Below are positions 30,298 through 41,000 of a stretch of 64,000 nucleotides of DNA, piece by piece. How positions within the stretch are numbered: the first letter of the stretch is position 1; each line of letters opens with the position of its first letter. The DNA comes from an uncultured Gemmatimonadaceae bacterium (GTDB lineage Bacteria > Gemmatimonadota > Gemmatimonadetes > Gemmatimonadales > Gemmatimonadaceae). Below the pieces are notes generated by a model that had not been told where the DNA came from, ran no database searches, and saw only the letters and a program-made list of their open reading frames with translations. The position numbers were made by a program, and so were the translations under genes. Location: positions 96,001-160,000 of the forward strand of contig CAWFQK010000005.1 in the NCBI GenBank assembly GCA_963817955.1. Reading direction: 5' to 3'.

Positions 30298-31678
30298 TGC
30301 GCGAAGGTCCGTCATCGCCTGGATCGTCGTACAGATCGGCTCTGGTTCGGGGCACGTGGACCGTACCGTTTGCGTCAGCCTTGGCGAGTAGCGATTGCAC
30401 CACGCCAATCCGTCCAACCCGAAAACCGTATGCGGCTGCCGACATATAGAGCCGCCACACGCGATAGGTGACGTCGCCGACGGCCGCACGCGCCTCCGCC
30501 TCGTGCGCCTCCAGTCGCCGCACCCAATGACGGAGCGTCGTCGTATAGTGTTCGCGCAAACTTTCGACATCGCGCAACTCGAACCCCTGCTCTTCGGCGC
30601 TCGCGATCACTTCCGATGATTGGACGAGATCGCCATCGGGAAACACGTAGCGGCGCATGAACTGATCGCGACGCCAGAGATTTCGCCAGATCGGATCGAG
30701 CGGCGAATGCGGACGTGCATCGACCAGGCTCACAATGCCATGGTTGAGAAAGAGTCCGCCCGGCGCGAGCACGCGATACGCGACCGCGAAATAGTCGGGC
30801 AGCTTTGCCCTGCCGACGTGTTCCACCATGCCGATGCTGGCGATCTTGTCGAATCGCTCGGCTTCTCCCATGTGGCGGTAGTCGCGTACTTCGATAGACA
30901 CGAGGTCCGCGAGGCCTTCGCGCGCGATTCGTGCGCGCGCGAAGCTGGCCTGTTCCTCGCTGAGCGTGAGTCCGGTCGCGTGCACCCCGTAGTGCCGCGC
31001 CGCATGAATGACGAGTCCGCCCCACCCACAGCCAATATCCAGCAGGCGCTCTCCGGGTTGGAGGCGCAGCTTGCGGCAGACGTAGTCGAGCTTGGCCACT
31101 TGCGCCGCATCGAGGCTCTCATCGCCCCGCTCGAAGTACCCGCACGAATACACCATGCGCTGATCGAGCCAGAGCGCGTAGAACTCATTACCGACGTCGT
31201 AATGAAAGCGCACGGCCTGAGCGTCGCGCGGCGCCGAGTGCATGCGTCCGAAGCGGAACAGCTTGCTGGCGACGTGTGCGCCGGAATCGTCGGCGAAAGC
31301 CAGCGGCTTGTCTGGTGCAGGCAGCGCGAGCGCATCGCGCATCAGCCGCACCACGCCCGGCACTGATCCAATCCGGCTCACGGCAACGTCACCGAGGTCG
31401 GCGGCCGCTTCGATGTCGCCTTCGATGTCGATGTCGCCGTAGAGATACGCCTCGGCAATCGCGAGCTCGGAGGGCGGAAGCAACATGCGACGCAGCGCGG
31501 CCGGGCGACGAATGTCGAGGGTGAATCGCGCATCGCGGAGCGGCCTTTCGGTGGCTCCATCCCAATAGCGAACCGTGAAGTGGCGGGCGGGAGGCGGGCC
31601 GAAAAGATCCGCTACCACGCGCTGCGCTGCACGCACCGGCCCGTCTGCTCGTTGCGATGCCTGTGTTGGCTCTGGCAT
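30209..31678 (-). CDS. cfa: Cyclopropane-fatty-acyl-phospholipid synthase family methyltransferase
   Basis: HYDVGNEFY, MVYSCGYF, LLDIGCGWG, SIGMVEHVG, YVFPDG. Confidence 0.93.
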   Translation of the reverse strand: MPEPTQASQRADGPVRAAQRVVADLFGPPPARHFTVRYWDGATERPLRDARFTLDIRRPAALRRMLLPPSELAIAEAYLYGDIDIEGDIEAAADLGDVAVSRIGSVPGVVRLMRDALALPAPDKPLAFADDSGAHVASKLFRFGRMHSAPRDAQAVRFHYDVGNEFYALWLDQRMVYSCGYFERGDESLDAAQVAKLDYVCRKLRLQPGERLLDIGCGWGGLVIHAARHYGVHATGLTLSEEQASFARARIAREGLADLVSIEVRDYRHMGEAERFDKIASIGMVEHVGRAKLPDYFAVAYRVLAPGGLFLNHGIVSLVDARPHSPLDPIWRNLWRRDQFMRRYVFPDGDLVQSSEVIASAEEQGFELRDVESLREHYTTTLRHWVRRLEAHEAEARAAVGDVTYRVWRLYMSAAAYGFRVGRIGVVQSLLAKADANGTVHVPRTRADLYDDPGDDGPSRITPRSTRRCTIQHRGATPARPPSRPNRDR

Positions 31679-31777
31679 GCGATGCCGCGGTGCAACTCTG
31701 GGACCGCCGTGATGACGACAGCTATCAGAAACTCTCAGTACGCTAAAGCCGTACTGGCGAAGCAGGCCCAGCGTGTG

Positions 31778-31813
31778 CTGGGACGAATCGCGAATCTGGG
31801 ACGAATCGCGAAT
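31778..31813. repeat. 18-bp direct repeat x2 in a divergent promoter region
   Basis: ctgggacgaatcgcgaat twice in tandem. Confidence 0.85.
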
Positions 31814-31861
31814 CGCGAGACGGTTCATGCACCGCGCCCTTACTGCTAACGGAATAACCTC

Positions 31862-34276
31862 ATGACATTCATACGTGATGTTCGCTTCGCGGTTCGCGCC
31901 TTGAGCGGCACACCGCTCGTGACGGCGCTCGCCATCACGTGCATCGGTCTTGGTATCGGCGCCGTCACCACAGTGTACAGCACCGCGAGCGCGTTCACCT
32001 TCCGGCCCCTACCGCAGCTTCGCGATCCCGGCAACCTCATGCTCGTCGCGGAACAGCCGGCATCGGACCGGTCGCAGCGCGCCTCCGTCACGGCCGGCAC
32101 GTTTGCCGATCTGCGCGAGCTTCGGCAGTTCGCGGCGGTCGGCGCACTCGCCAACTGGACGGCCAACGTCGCCGGCTTCGACATTCCGGAGCGCGTCGAC
32201 GCCGCGCGGGTCAGCACGGACTTCTTCAAGATGACCGGCCGTTCGGCCGCGGTGGGCCGCACGTTCACCGAGGACGACATCCGGGACGATCGGCGCGTCG
32301 TCGTCCTATCGCACGGCTTGTGGCAGCGCCGTTTCGGCGGCGATTCTCGCGTGATCGGCTCAACCGTGCGCATCAACGGCGAAGACCACCAGGTCATCGG
32401 CGTCATGCCCGACGACTTCATCTTTCCCGCCGGGACGGAACTGTGGGCGCCGCTCGCGCTCTCGCCTGACGCCGCCGCCGACCGCACGGCGCGCTCGCTC
32501 TTCGTGATTGCCCGGCGCGCATCCGGCGTCACACCCGACGGCGCCGCGGCCGCGGTGCGACTGCTCGGCGACCGCATTGCGGCCGATCACCCGGACACGC
32601 ACAAAGGCTGGGTCCTCCGTGCGCAGCCGGCCGAGGAGTTCTTTGGCGCCGGACCGCGCCCGTTCATGCTCGTCATGCTCGCCGCGGTGGTGTTCCTCCT
32701 GTTGATCGCCTGCGCCAACGTGGCCAACCTGCTCCTGGTGCGCGCCTCGGCCCGACGTCGCGAAATGGGACTGCGCGTCGCGTTGGGCGCCACGCGAGGC
32801 CGGCTGGTGATCCAGCTTCTCACTGAAAGCATGCTGCTCGCGCTGGCCGGCGGCGCCGCCGGAATCGTGCTGTCCTGGTTCGGCGTCAAGGCCACCGCGG
32901 CGACAGTTCCCCTCGAGGTACAGCGGTACATCCCCGGGTTCGGCGCGATCAAGCTCGACTATCATGCGATGGTCATAGCGGCGGCGGTATCGATGCTGGC
33001 CGGTGTGGCGTTCGGGCTCGTGCCGGCGCTCTCCGGCTCTGCGGTTGACCTGAACTCTGCCCTGAAGGACTCTGGCCGGTCCGAGTCCCGGCGGTCGCGT
33101 CTGCGTGCGTTTCGCAGTGCTCTGGTCTCGGGCGAGATCGCGCTGGCGCTCATGCTGGTCGCCGGGGCGTCGCTGATGGCGACGACGTTCCGGCGCCTCG
33201 CGGTGAGTGATCCCGGATTCCGCACGTCGAACGTGCTCACGGCAAAGCTCACACTGCCCGAGGCCGACTTCCCGCGCGACAGCGCCGTGGTCCAATTCTG
33301 GGACCAGCTCCGCGAGTCGCTTGCCGCACAGCCCGCGATCTCCGCCGCCGAGATCACCAGCGTTCTCCCGATGTCGTGGAACGATCAGCGCATGAGCCTC
33401 TATCCGGACGGAGAGAAGCCGGAGAAGCCGGAGAACGCACCGGTCGTCGGATTCCGGCGCGTCTCGTCTGGATATCTCGGTGCGCTTGGCGTGCCGCAGC
33501 TCCAGGGTCGTTCGCTCACGGACGACGATCGATCGGATTCGCCGCTCGTGGTCGTACTGAGCGAAACAGCGGCGCACCGGCTCTTCAAGGGACGTGAGGC
33601 CATTGGCAAGCGTTTGGTGATCCGTGACCGGCCGGCCACCGTGGTCGGAATCGTGCGCGACGTGCGTGCGAACACGCTCACATCCGACTCACCGACGTTC
33701 GTGGTGTACGCGCCCATGTCGCAATGGCCGTCGCGCACGGCGTCAGTGGTGCTGCGCGTAGCGGCGGGCGACCCGACGGCTCAGACGGCGGCGCTGCAGC
33801 GCGTGATCGGGCGCGAGGATCCGCGGCTGGCCGCCGGAGAAATCTCCACGATGAAACGCGTAGTGGAGACGGTCACCTCGCCGCAATCCGCTACCGCACA
33901 GGTGCTCTTGGCATCGGCGTTCATCGCGCTGATCCTGGCGGCCGTTGGCACGTACGGCGTCATGGCCTACACCATGGCGCGGCGGACGCACGAGATCGGT
34001 GTGCGCATGGCGCTCGGCGCATCCTCGGGCATGATCGTTCGCATGATGCTCGGCGGTGCCGCGCGGATGGCAGGGATCGGCGTAGCGATTGGCCTGCTGG
34101 GAGCGGTGGCGTTGGGACGTTCGATGCAGGCTATCCTGGTCGACACCAACCCGGCCGATCCGACGATCCTCGCCATCGCCGCGTCGCTCTTGGGGGCGAT
34201 CGCGCTCACGGCGGGGTGGCTGCCGACCCGCCGTGCGACTCGCGTGAATCCCGTGACGGCGCTGCGAGCGGATTGA
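31862..34276 (+). CDS. ADOP-type duplicated MacB/FtsX ABC permease (orphan)
   Basis: 804 aa; LIACANVANLLL, RRREMGLRVALGA, RTHEIGVRMALGA, PTRRATRVNPVTALR. Confidence 0.92.
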   Translation: MTFIRDVRFAVRALSGTPLVTALAITCIGLGIGAVTTVYSTASAFTFRPLPQLRDPGNLMLVAEQPASDRSQRASVTAGTFADLRELRQFAAVGALANWTANVAGFDIPERVDAARVSTDFFKMTGRSAAVGRTFTEDDIRDDRRVVVLSHGLWQRRFGGDSRVIGSTVRINGEDHQVIGVMPDDFIFPAGTELWAPLALSPDAAADRTARSLFVIARRASGVTPDGAAAAVRLLGDRIAADHPDTHKGWVLRAQPAEEFFGAGPRPFMLVMLAAVVFLLLIACANVANLLLVRASARRREMGLRVALGATRGRLVIQLLTESMLLALAGGAAGIVLSWFGVKATAATVPLEVQRYIPGFGAIKLDYHAMVIAAAVSMLAGVAFGLVPALSGSAVDLNSALKDSGRSESRRSRLRAFRSALVSGEIALALMLVAGASLMATTFRRLAVSDPGFRTSNVLTAKLTLPEADFPRDSAVVQFWDQLRESLAAQPAISAAEITSVLPMSWNDQRMSLYPDGEKPEKPENAPVVGFRRVSSGYLGALGVPQLQGRSLTDDDRSDSPLVVVLSETAAHRLFKGREAIGKRLVIRDRPATVVGIVRDVRANTLTSDSPTFVVYAPMSQWPSRTASVVLRVAAGDPTAQTAALQRVIGREDPRLAAGEISTMKRVVETVTSPQSATAQVLLASAFIALILAAVGTYGVMAYTMARRTHEIGVRMALGASSGMIVRMMLGGAARMAGIGVAIGLLGAVALGRSMQAILVDTNPADPTILAIAASLLGAIALTAGWLPTRRATRVNPVTALRAD

Positions 34277-34304
34277 AGACGATCTCGGCCCGACCATCCC
34301 AAGA

Positions 34305-34349
34305 ACACCAAGCGGCCGCCGGCGAATGTTGCCGGCGGCCGCTTGGTGT
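34305..34349. terminator. Hairpin between convergent genes
   Basis: acaccaagcggccgccggc...gccggcggccgcttggtgt. Confidence 0.7.
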
Positions 34350-34408
34350 ATCGCGCCTTACATCGCCGACCGCGGTAGGCTTTAAAGAAGGCGCACGTCG
34401 CCCCCCCA

Positions 34409-35386
34409 TCACCCGCCGTGCCCCGTCCCCGGTCCGCCACTCGTCCGACCCGCAATTCGATCCCCTACCGCCGCAATGAGGATCACCACGCCCAGCGCAA
34501 TCTTCTGCACGTATGGGTCGACGTTCGCCAGATTCAGCCCGTTGGTGAGCACGCCAATGAACAGTGTGCCCCACACGGTGCCGGCAATGGTCCCCCGCCC
34601 ACCCGCCAGCGATGTGCCGCCCACCACCACGGCGGCAATCACGTCCAGCTCGTACTGAAGCCCCGAGTTGGGCACGCCGGCCCCCAGCCGCGACGCCAGC
34701 GTGAATCCGCCAAGACCGGCCACCAGTCCATTCAGCGCATACACGGTCCAGAGCACGCGCTGCGTGCTCACGCCGGCCAGCCACGACGCCTCCGCGTTGC
34801 CGCCCGTGGCATACACGCGGCGGCCGAACACGGTGCGATTGAGCACGAACGCGCCCACCGCGGTCACCACGACGAACACGTACACCGGCGCCGGAATTCC
34901 CAGCGGCACGGCGCGGCCCAGCGCGCCAAATGACGGCGGCAGGTTGCCAATGCTGCGGCCACTCGACACGATGAACGCGATCCCCCGCGCAATGGTCAGC
35001 ATGGCCAGCGTGGCCACGAACGGCTGTACGCGCAGATACGCCACGAACGTCCCGTTCATCACGCCGGTGGTGAGGCCCACGGCCAGCGCCGTGATCGCGG
35101 CGGCCGTAGCCGGCGCACCCGGCACCGCGGCCGCCGCCATCGCGCTCGCGGTGCCGGTGAGCGCCACCACCGATCCCACGGACAGGTCTATGCCACCGGT
35201 GAGGATCACCGCCGTCATGCCCACCGCCAGAATGCCCGTCACCGCGATGCTCAACGCAATGTTGACCAAGTTGCCCACGGTGCCAAACCCCGGCGCGATG
35301 GCGGCGAAGATCGCCGCCTCCACAATGGTCGCCCCCACCAGCGCGTAGTCGGCGGCGCGCTGCCAACGGGCCTTGGGCACGCTCAT
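34409..35386 (-). CDS. Monosaccharide ABC permease (RbsC-like)
   Basis: ILTGGIDLSVG, PFVATL, YELDVIAAVVVGGTSL. Confidence 0.93.
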   Translation of the reverse strand: MSVPKARWQRAADYALVGATIVEAAIFAAIAPGFGTVGNLVNIALSIAVTGILAVGMTAVILTGGIDLSVGSVVALTGTASAMAAAAVPGAPATAAAITALAVGLTTGVMNGTFVAYLRVQPFVATLAMLTIARGIAFIVSSGRSIGNLPPSFGALGRAVPLGIPAPVYVFVVVTAVGAFVLNRTVFGRRVYATGGNAEASWLAGVSTQRVLWTVYALNGLVAGLGGFTLASRLGAGVPNSGLQYELDVIAAVVVGGTSLAGGRGTIAGTVWGTLFIGVLTNGLNLANVDPYVQKIALGVVILIAAVGDRIAGRTSGGPGTGHGG

Positions 35387-35396
35387 TCGTAAACGC

Positions 35397-36878
35397 TCAT
35401 TGCACGGTCCCCAGCATGAGTGACGCCACGCGCTCCGGCGTGGCCTCGGCACGGCTCAGGGTAGCCGCCACGCGGCCGTTGCGCATGACCACCACACGGT
35501 CGGACATCCCCAGCGCCTCCGGCAGATCCGACGAGATCACCAGCAGCGCCGCCCCGTCGTCGGCCAGACGGCGCATGAGCGCATAGATCTCCGCCTTGGC
35601 GCCCACGTCGATGCCGCGCGTGGGCTCGTCGAACAGGATGATCCGCGAGCCGGCCAACATCCATCTCGCCAGCACCACTTTCTGTTGATTGCCACCAGAC
35701 AACTGACCCGCCAGCGTGGCGATGGACGGCGCCCGAACGCTGAGCGCTTCGGTCCAGTGCGACACCGCGGCCCGCTCACGGTGGCCATCTATCACACCGG
35801 CGCGCGCGAACCGCGTGAGCGACGCGATCGACACGTTGTCGCGAATGGCGGCAATGAGCACCAGGCCCTGCCGCTTGCGATCTTCGGGCAGCAGCGCCAC
35901 GCCGGCATCGATAGCCTCGCGCGGCGAACGCGGCGCGTAGGGCGCGCCGTCCAGCAGCATCCGTCCGCTGGTGAGCGGCGCAGCGCCGGCAATGGCGCGG
36001 GCCAGCTCGGTGCGTCCCGATCCCACCAGGCCTACCACACCCACAATCTCGCCGCGGCAAAGCGACACGCTCGCGTCGCGCACGGGTCCAGAACACAGGC
36101 CCTCGAGCCGCAGCAGCTCCGGTCCCTGCTCGCCGCGCGCCGCCGGATACCCCGCCGCGAGTTCGCGGCCAATCATGAACCGCACGATGTCGTTTCGCCC
36201 TAGCTCCCTCGCCGGCCCGCTCGCCACCACGCGGCCGTCGCGCAGCACGGTCACGTGATCGGCCAGCCGCGCGATATCGTCGAGCCGGTGGGACACGTAC
36301 ACAATGGCCACGCCCGCCGCGCGCAGTTGCTCCACCACGGCGAACAACGCTTCCACTTCCTCCTGCGCCAGAATGGCCGTGGGCTCGTCCATGATCACCA
36401 CGCGCGCGTCGGCCGCCACGGCCTTGGCAATCTCGGTCATCTGACGCGCCGCCAGCGAGAGCTCGCCCACTCGCGCGTCGGTGGCCAACGACGTCTGTCC
36501 CAGCCGGTCGAGCACCGCTCGCGTGCGCTCGGCCAGCCGTGCGCGATCCACCACTCCCGCCCGCGACGGCTCAGCGCCCAACAGCACGTTCTCGGCCACG
36601 GTCATGTCCGGGACCAGCGTCAACTCCTGGTGGATCATCCGGATGCCGCGCGCCTGCGCATCGCGCGGCGAACGGAATCGAACCGGCGCGCCGTCTATGG
36701 CCAGCGCGCCCGCATCGGGCGACACGGCGCCGGCGAGCGTATGCATGAGCGTCGACTTGCCGGCGCCATTTTCGCCGGCCACGGCGTGCACCTGGCCGCC
36801 GCGAATCTCAATGCTCACGTCATTCAGCGCGAGCACGCCCGGGTACCGCTTCTCGAGTCCCACCGCCGACAGCTGCAC
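35397..36878 (-). CDS. Monosaccharide ABC ATP-binding protein (RbsA-like, duplicated)
   Basis: GENGAGKST, PEDRK, LSGGNQQK, DEPTRGIDVGAK. Confidence 0.95.
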   Translation of the reverse strand: MQLSAVGLEKRYPGVLALNDVSIEIRGGQVHAVAGENGAGKSTLMHTLAGAVSPDAGALAIDGAPVRFRSPRDAQARGIRMIHQELTLVPDMTVAENVLLGAEPSRAGVVDRARLAERTRAVLDRLGQTSLATDARVGELSLAARQMTEIAKAVAADARVVIMDEPTAILAQEEVEALFAVVEQLRAAGVAIVYVSHRLDDIARLADHVTVLRDGRVVASGPARELGRNDIVRFMIGRELAAGYPAARGEQGPELLRLEGLCSGPVRDASVSLCRGEIVGVVGLVGSGRTELARAIAGAAPLTSGRMLLDGAPYAPRSPREAIDAGVALLPEDRKRQGLVLIAAIRDNVSIASLTRFARAGVIDGHRERAAVSHWTEALSVRAPSIATLAGQLSGGNQQKVVLARWMLAGSRIILFDEPTRGIDVGAKAEIYALMRRLADDGAALLVISSDLPEALGMSDRVVVMRNGRVAATLSRAEATPERVASLMLGTVQ

Positions 36879-36899
36879 GCCCGGTCTCGCTCGCCTCCC

Positions 36900-37871
36900 T
36901 CAGCGCGGCGCAGGATTTAGAGAATCCTTACCGGGCGCCGCGGCGGCGGCCTGCGAGTCCACCATCGTGACCGGTACGGCCACGCTGGCCGCCGGCGTCT
37001 GGCCGCCCAGGTACGCGGCAATGGCGTCAATGGTCTTTTGTCCGATGAGCGCCGGCTGTTGCGCCACATCGGCCCGGAGCGCCGTACCGCCGAGAATGGC
37101 GCGCCGCGCCTCAGGCCCTGCGTCATAGCCCACGATCACCGCATGGCTCTTGTGCGCTTGAACGGAGGCCAGCGTGCCCAGCGCCGCCTCGTCGTTGATG
37201 GCGAAGATGGCACGCACGTTGGGGTGCGCCTGGAGCAGGTCGTCGGCGGCGCGGAGCGACCGGTCGCGCACCCCGGCGCCCTCGAGTTGCGCCGCGAGCA
37301 CGAGCCTGGGATGCGTCGCCAGCCCTTGCGCGAAACCCCGCTGGCGATCGATGGTGGTTTGCACGTCGTTCTCACCAATCACGCCCACCTCTCCGCTGTC
37401 GCCGAGCGCCTTGGCAATGAACTCGGCCGCAAGGCGTCCGCCCTCCACGTTGTCCGACGCGACGTGCGACACCACCGATCCGCCCTGGGCGGCAATGTCG
37501 GCGGTGAACACCGGGATCTTCGCCGCGTTGGCGCGCTCGATGGCCGGCCCAATGCCGCGCGTGTCCACCGGGCACACCACGATGGCGTCCACGTGCTGCA
37601 CCACGAAGTTGTCTATCTGCGCCTGCTGCTTGGCCAGGTCCCGGTCGCCCGACGTCACCAGCACCCGATACCCGCGCGCGGCAGCGGCGGCGCGCAATCC
37701 GCCTTCGAGCTCGCGGTAGAACTCGTCCTCCCGCGTGAGCAGCGTGATGCCAATGGTCTTGGATGCGCTGGCCCCGCGGCCGCACCCCGTGCCGGCAAGG
37801 CCGAGCGCGAGCGGAAGCAGAGCGGTGAGCAGCCGCGTGGAGGCGCGGCGGAGCGTGGGAGTTGACTTCAC
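36900..37871 (-). CDS. Sugar-binding lipoprotein (RbsB-like)
   Basis: Lipobox GTGC; SDNVEGG, FAIND, VGYD, QQP. Confidence 0.92.
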   Translation of the reverse strand: MKSTPTLRRASTRLLTALLPLALGLAGTGCGRGASASKTIGITLLTREDEFYRELEGGLRAAAAARGYRVLVTSGDRDLAKQQAQIDNFVVQHVDAIVVCPVDTRGIGPAIERANAAKIPVFTADIAAQGGSVVSHVASDNVEGGRLAAEFIAKALGDSGEVGVIGENDVQTTIDRQRGFAQGLATHPRLVLAAQLEGAGVRDRSLRAADDLLQAHPNVRAIFAINDEAALGTLASVQAHKSHAVIVGYDAGPEARRAILGGTALRADVAQQPALIGQKTIDAIAAYLGGQTPAASVAVPVTMVDSQAAAAAPGKDSLNPAPR

Positions 37872-38001
37872 GGGAGATCTCTGGATGACAGTCTGGGTGG
37901 CGGCACGAAATGGGCCGCTGCAAGCTTCGCACGTCGCCGCGCGGTCTGCAAGCGATTAGCCTTCGAGTGACGAACGGCAATCTTTCTCGGAGACGCGTAC
38001 C

Positions 38002-41000
38002 ATGCGACGGTTTGCAGTGGGCCCCCTGGCTGTCCTCTTCCTCGCCGGCGCGGTCGTCACGCCCCTCGGCGCGCAGCGCGACGTGACGACGACACCGACG
38101 ATTTACGCCGTCGGCTACGCCCACCTCGACACCGAGTGGCGGTGGGAGTACCCGCAGACCATTCGCGACTATCTCGCCCGCACGATGAGCGACAACTTCG
38201 CGCTGTTCGAGAAATATCCCGACTACGTGTTCAACTTCTCGGGCGCCAACCGCTACCGCCTCATGAAGGAGTACTATCCGGCGGACTACGCGCGGGTCAC
38301 CGCCTACGTACGCCAGGGTCGCTGGTTTCCCGCCGGGTCGTCCATGGAAGAGGGCGACGTGAACGCCCCGTCGGCCGAGGCCATCATTCGGCAAATCCTG
38401 TACGGCAATGACTATTTTCGAAAGGACTTCGGAATCGCCAGCGCCGAGTACATGCTCCCCGATTGCTTCGGCTTTCCCTGGTCGCTGCCGAGCATTCTCG
38501 CATACAGCGGAGTGAAGGGCTTCTCCACGCAGAAGTTGGTGTGGGGATCGTCCGTGCCCGATCAGCCCACCACGCCGTATGGAATGGAAGGCAAAGGCGT
38601 TCCCTTCAACTTTGGCACCTGGGTGGGACCCGATGGCCAGGGCGTGCTGGCGGCGCTCAACCCGGGCAGCTACAGCAGCCGCGTGGGCTACGATCTGAGT
38701 CGCGCCGACGCGCGCGACTCCACGGCACGTCCGGCGCCGCCGCACACCTGGCTCGAGCGTCTCCAGGAGAACAAGCAGAAGCTCGGTCTCATGGCCGACT
38801 ACAAGTATTACGGAACCGGCGACGTGGGCGGCGCGCCCAGCGATTCGTCCATCATGTTCATTCAGCGGGCCGTGAGAGACACCGGCGGGCCAGTCAAGGT
38901 GATCTCGGCGCGCGCCGATCAGTTCTTCCTCGACATCACGCCCGCTCAGGCGGCGCGCCTGCCGCGCTACGCTGGCGAGATGGAGTTGCAGAACCATTCC
39001 GCTGGTTCGCTCACGTCTCAGGCATACCTCAAGCGCTGGATCCACGAAGATGAGCTACTCGCCGGGGCGGCCGAACAGGCGTCGGTGAGCGCCGCCCTCG
39101 TGGGCGCCCGTGCGTACCCCATGCAGCGGCTCACCGACGCGTGGACGCTCATGATGGGCAACGATTTTCACGACATTGCCGCCGGCACCGCCACGCCCAA
39201 GGCTTACGAGTACGCGTGGAACGACGCCGTCATTGCCATGAATCAGATGTCGGGCGTGATCACCGACGCGACCAGCGGCCTGGCATCGGCGATGAACACC
39301 AACGCGACCGGAACGCCGGTGGTCGTCTACAATTCATTGAATGTGCCGCGCGCCGACGTGGTGGAGGCCACCGTCGCCATGGGCGGCGCGGCCCCAGCGG
39401 CGGTTCGTGTGATAGGGCCCGACGGCCGAGCCGTGCCGGCACAGCTCGAGCGCTCGGCGAATGGACGGACCAAGGTCGTCTTCCTCGCGTCGGCGCCCTC
39501 GGCCGGCTCCGCCGTGTACGACGTTCGCCCGGCCACGGCCGCGGCCGCGGCAGGAGAGCTGCACGTGAGCAACCACTCGCTGGAGAACGCCCGCTATCGC
39601 GTGGCCATCGACGGCAACGGCGACATCTCCAGCATTTTCGACAAGAAGTACAATAAAGAACTGCTCGCGGCGCCCATGCGCCTTGCGATCAAGGATGACA
39701 CGCCGGAGCAGTGGCCGGCGTGGAACATGGACTGGACCGACGAAATCAAGGCGCCCCGCGCATACGTGGCGGGCACGCCGGTCATCAGCGTTTCTGAAAA
39801 CGGGCCCGCGCGCGTGGCCGTCACCATCGCGCGGCAGAAGGACAGTTCGACCTTCGTGCAGACCGTGCGTCTCGCCGCCGGGGACGCCGGCAACCGCGTG
39901 GAGGTGCACGCGTCCATCGACTGGCACGAGCCGAACGCCGCGCTCAAGGTGCTGTTCCCGCTCACCGTGTCGAACGACAGCGCCACCTACAATTGGGACG
40001 TCGGCACCATCAAGCGCGGAACGGCGTACGACCGCAAGTTCGAGGTCCCGTCGCATCAGTTCATCGACCTCACCGACAAGAGCGGCGCGTATGGCGTGAC
40101 CATCCTCACCGAGAAGAAGAACGGTTCCGACAAGCGCGACGACCACACCATTGGCCTCACCCTGCTGCTCACACCCGGCATCAGCGCCGGCGGCCGCGGC
40201 TACGCCGATGAGTCGTCGCAGGACTGGGGGCATCACGAGCTGGTGTACGGCATTGCGGGCCATGCGGGCGACTATCGCGCCGCGGGCACCGATTGGCAGG
40301 CGTGGCGCCTCGACGCGCCGCTCATGAGCTTCACCGCGCCCAAGCACGGCGGAGCGCTGGGCAAGCAGTTCTCGCTGGTGCGCGTGTCGAACCCGCGCGT
40401 GCGCGTACTCGGGTTCAAGCGCGCCGAGCAATCACAGGAATACATCGTTCGCGTGGTGGAGCTCGACGGCAAGCCGCAGCGGAACGTGCGCCTATCGTTT
40501 GCCGCGCCCGTTGCCAGCGCGCGCGAGGTGAACGGCCAGGAACAGCCACTCCCCGGCGCGGCGACCATTGCCGGCGGTGCGCTCGTCACCCTGCTCGAAC
40601 CTTTCCGCGTACGCAGTTGGGCCGTTACGTTCGGTGCTCCATCGGCGCATGCGCGCTCGCTCGCTTCACAGTCCGTGGCGCTTCCGTACGATCTCGCTAC
40701 GGCGACCACCGACGGCATGCATTCGACGGGCGGCTTCAACGCGAGCGGTGAAGCGCTGCCCGCCGAGATGTTGCCGAGGACTCTGGCGTTCGACGGCGTC
40801 ACCTTCACGCTGGCGCCGGCGAGCAGCGGCGCGGCCAACGCCGTGGTGGCGCGCGGGCAGACGCTGACCCTCCCTGCCGGCCGGCACAGCCGCGTGTACG
40901 TGCTTGCCGCCTCGGCCAACGGCGACCGGACCGCCACGTTCCGCGCCGGCGCCACGCCCGAGGACCTCACCATTCAGGATTGGGGCGGCTACGTGGGCCA

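Noticed and set aside
37901..37915. sigma54 site before GH38
   Set aside because: cGGcacgaaatggGC lacks the T residues before GC; plausible chance match in GC-rich DNA.
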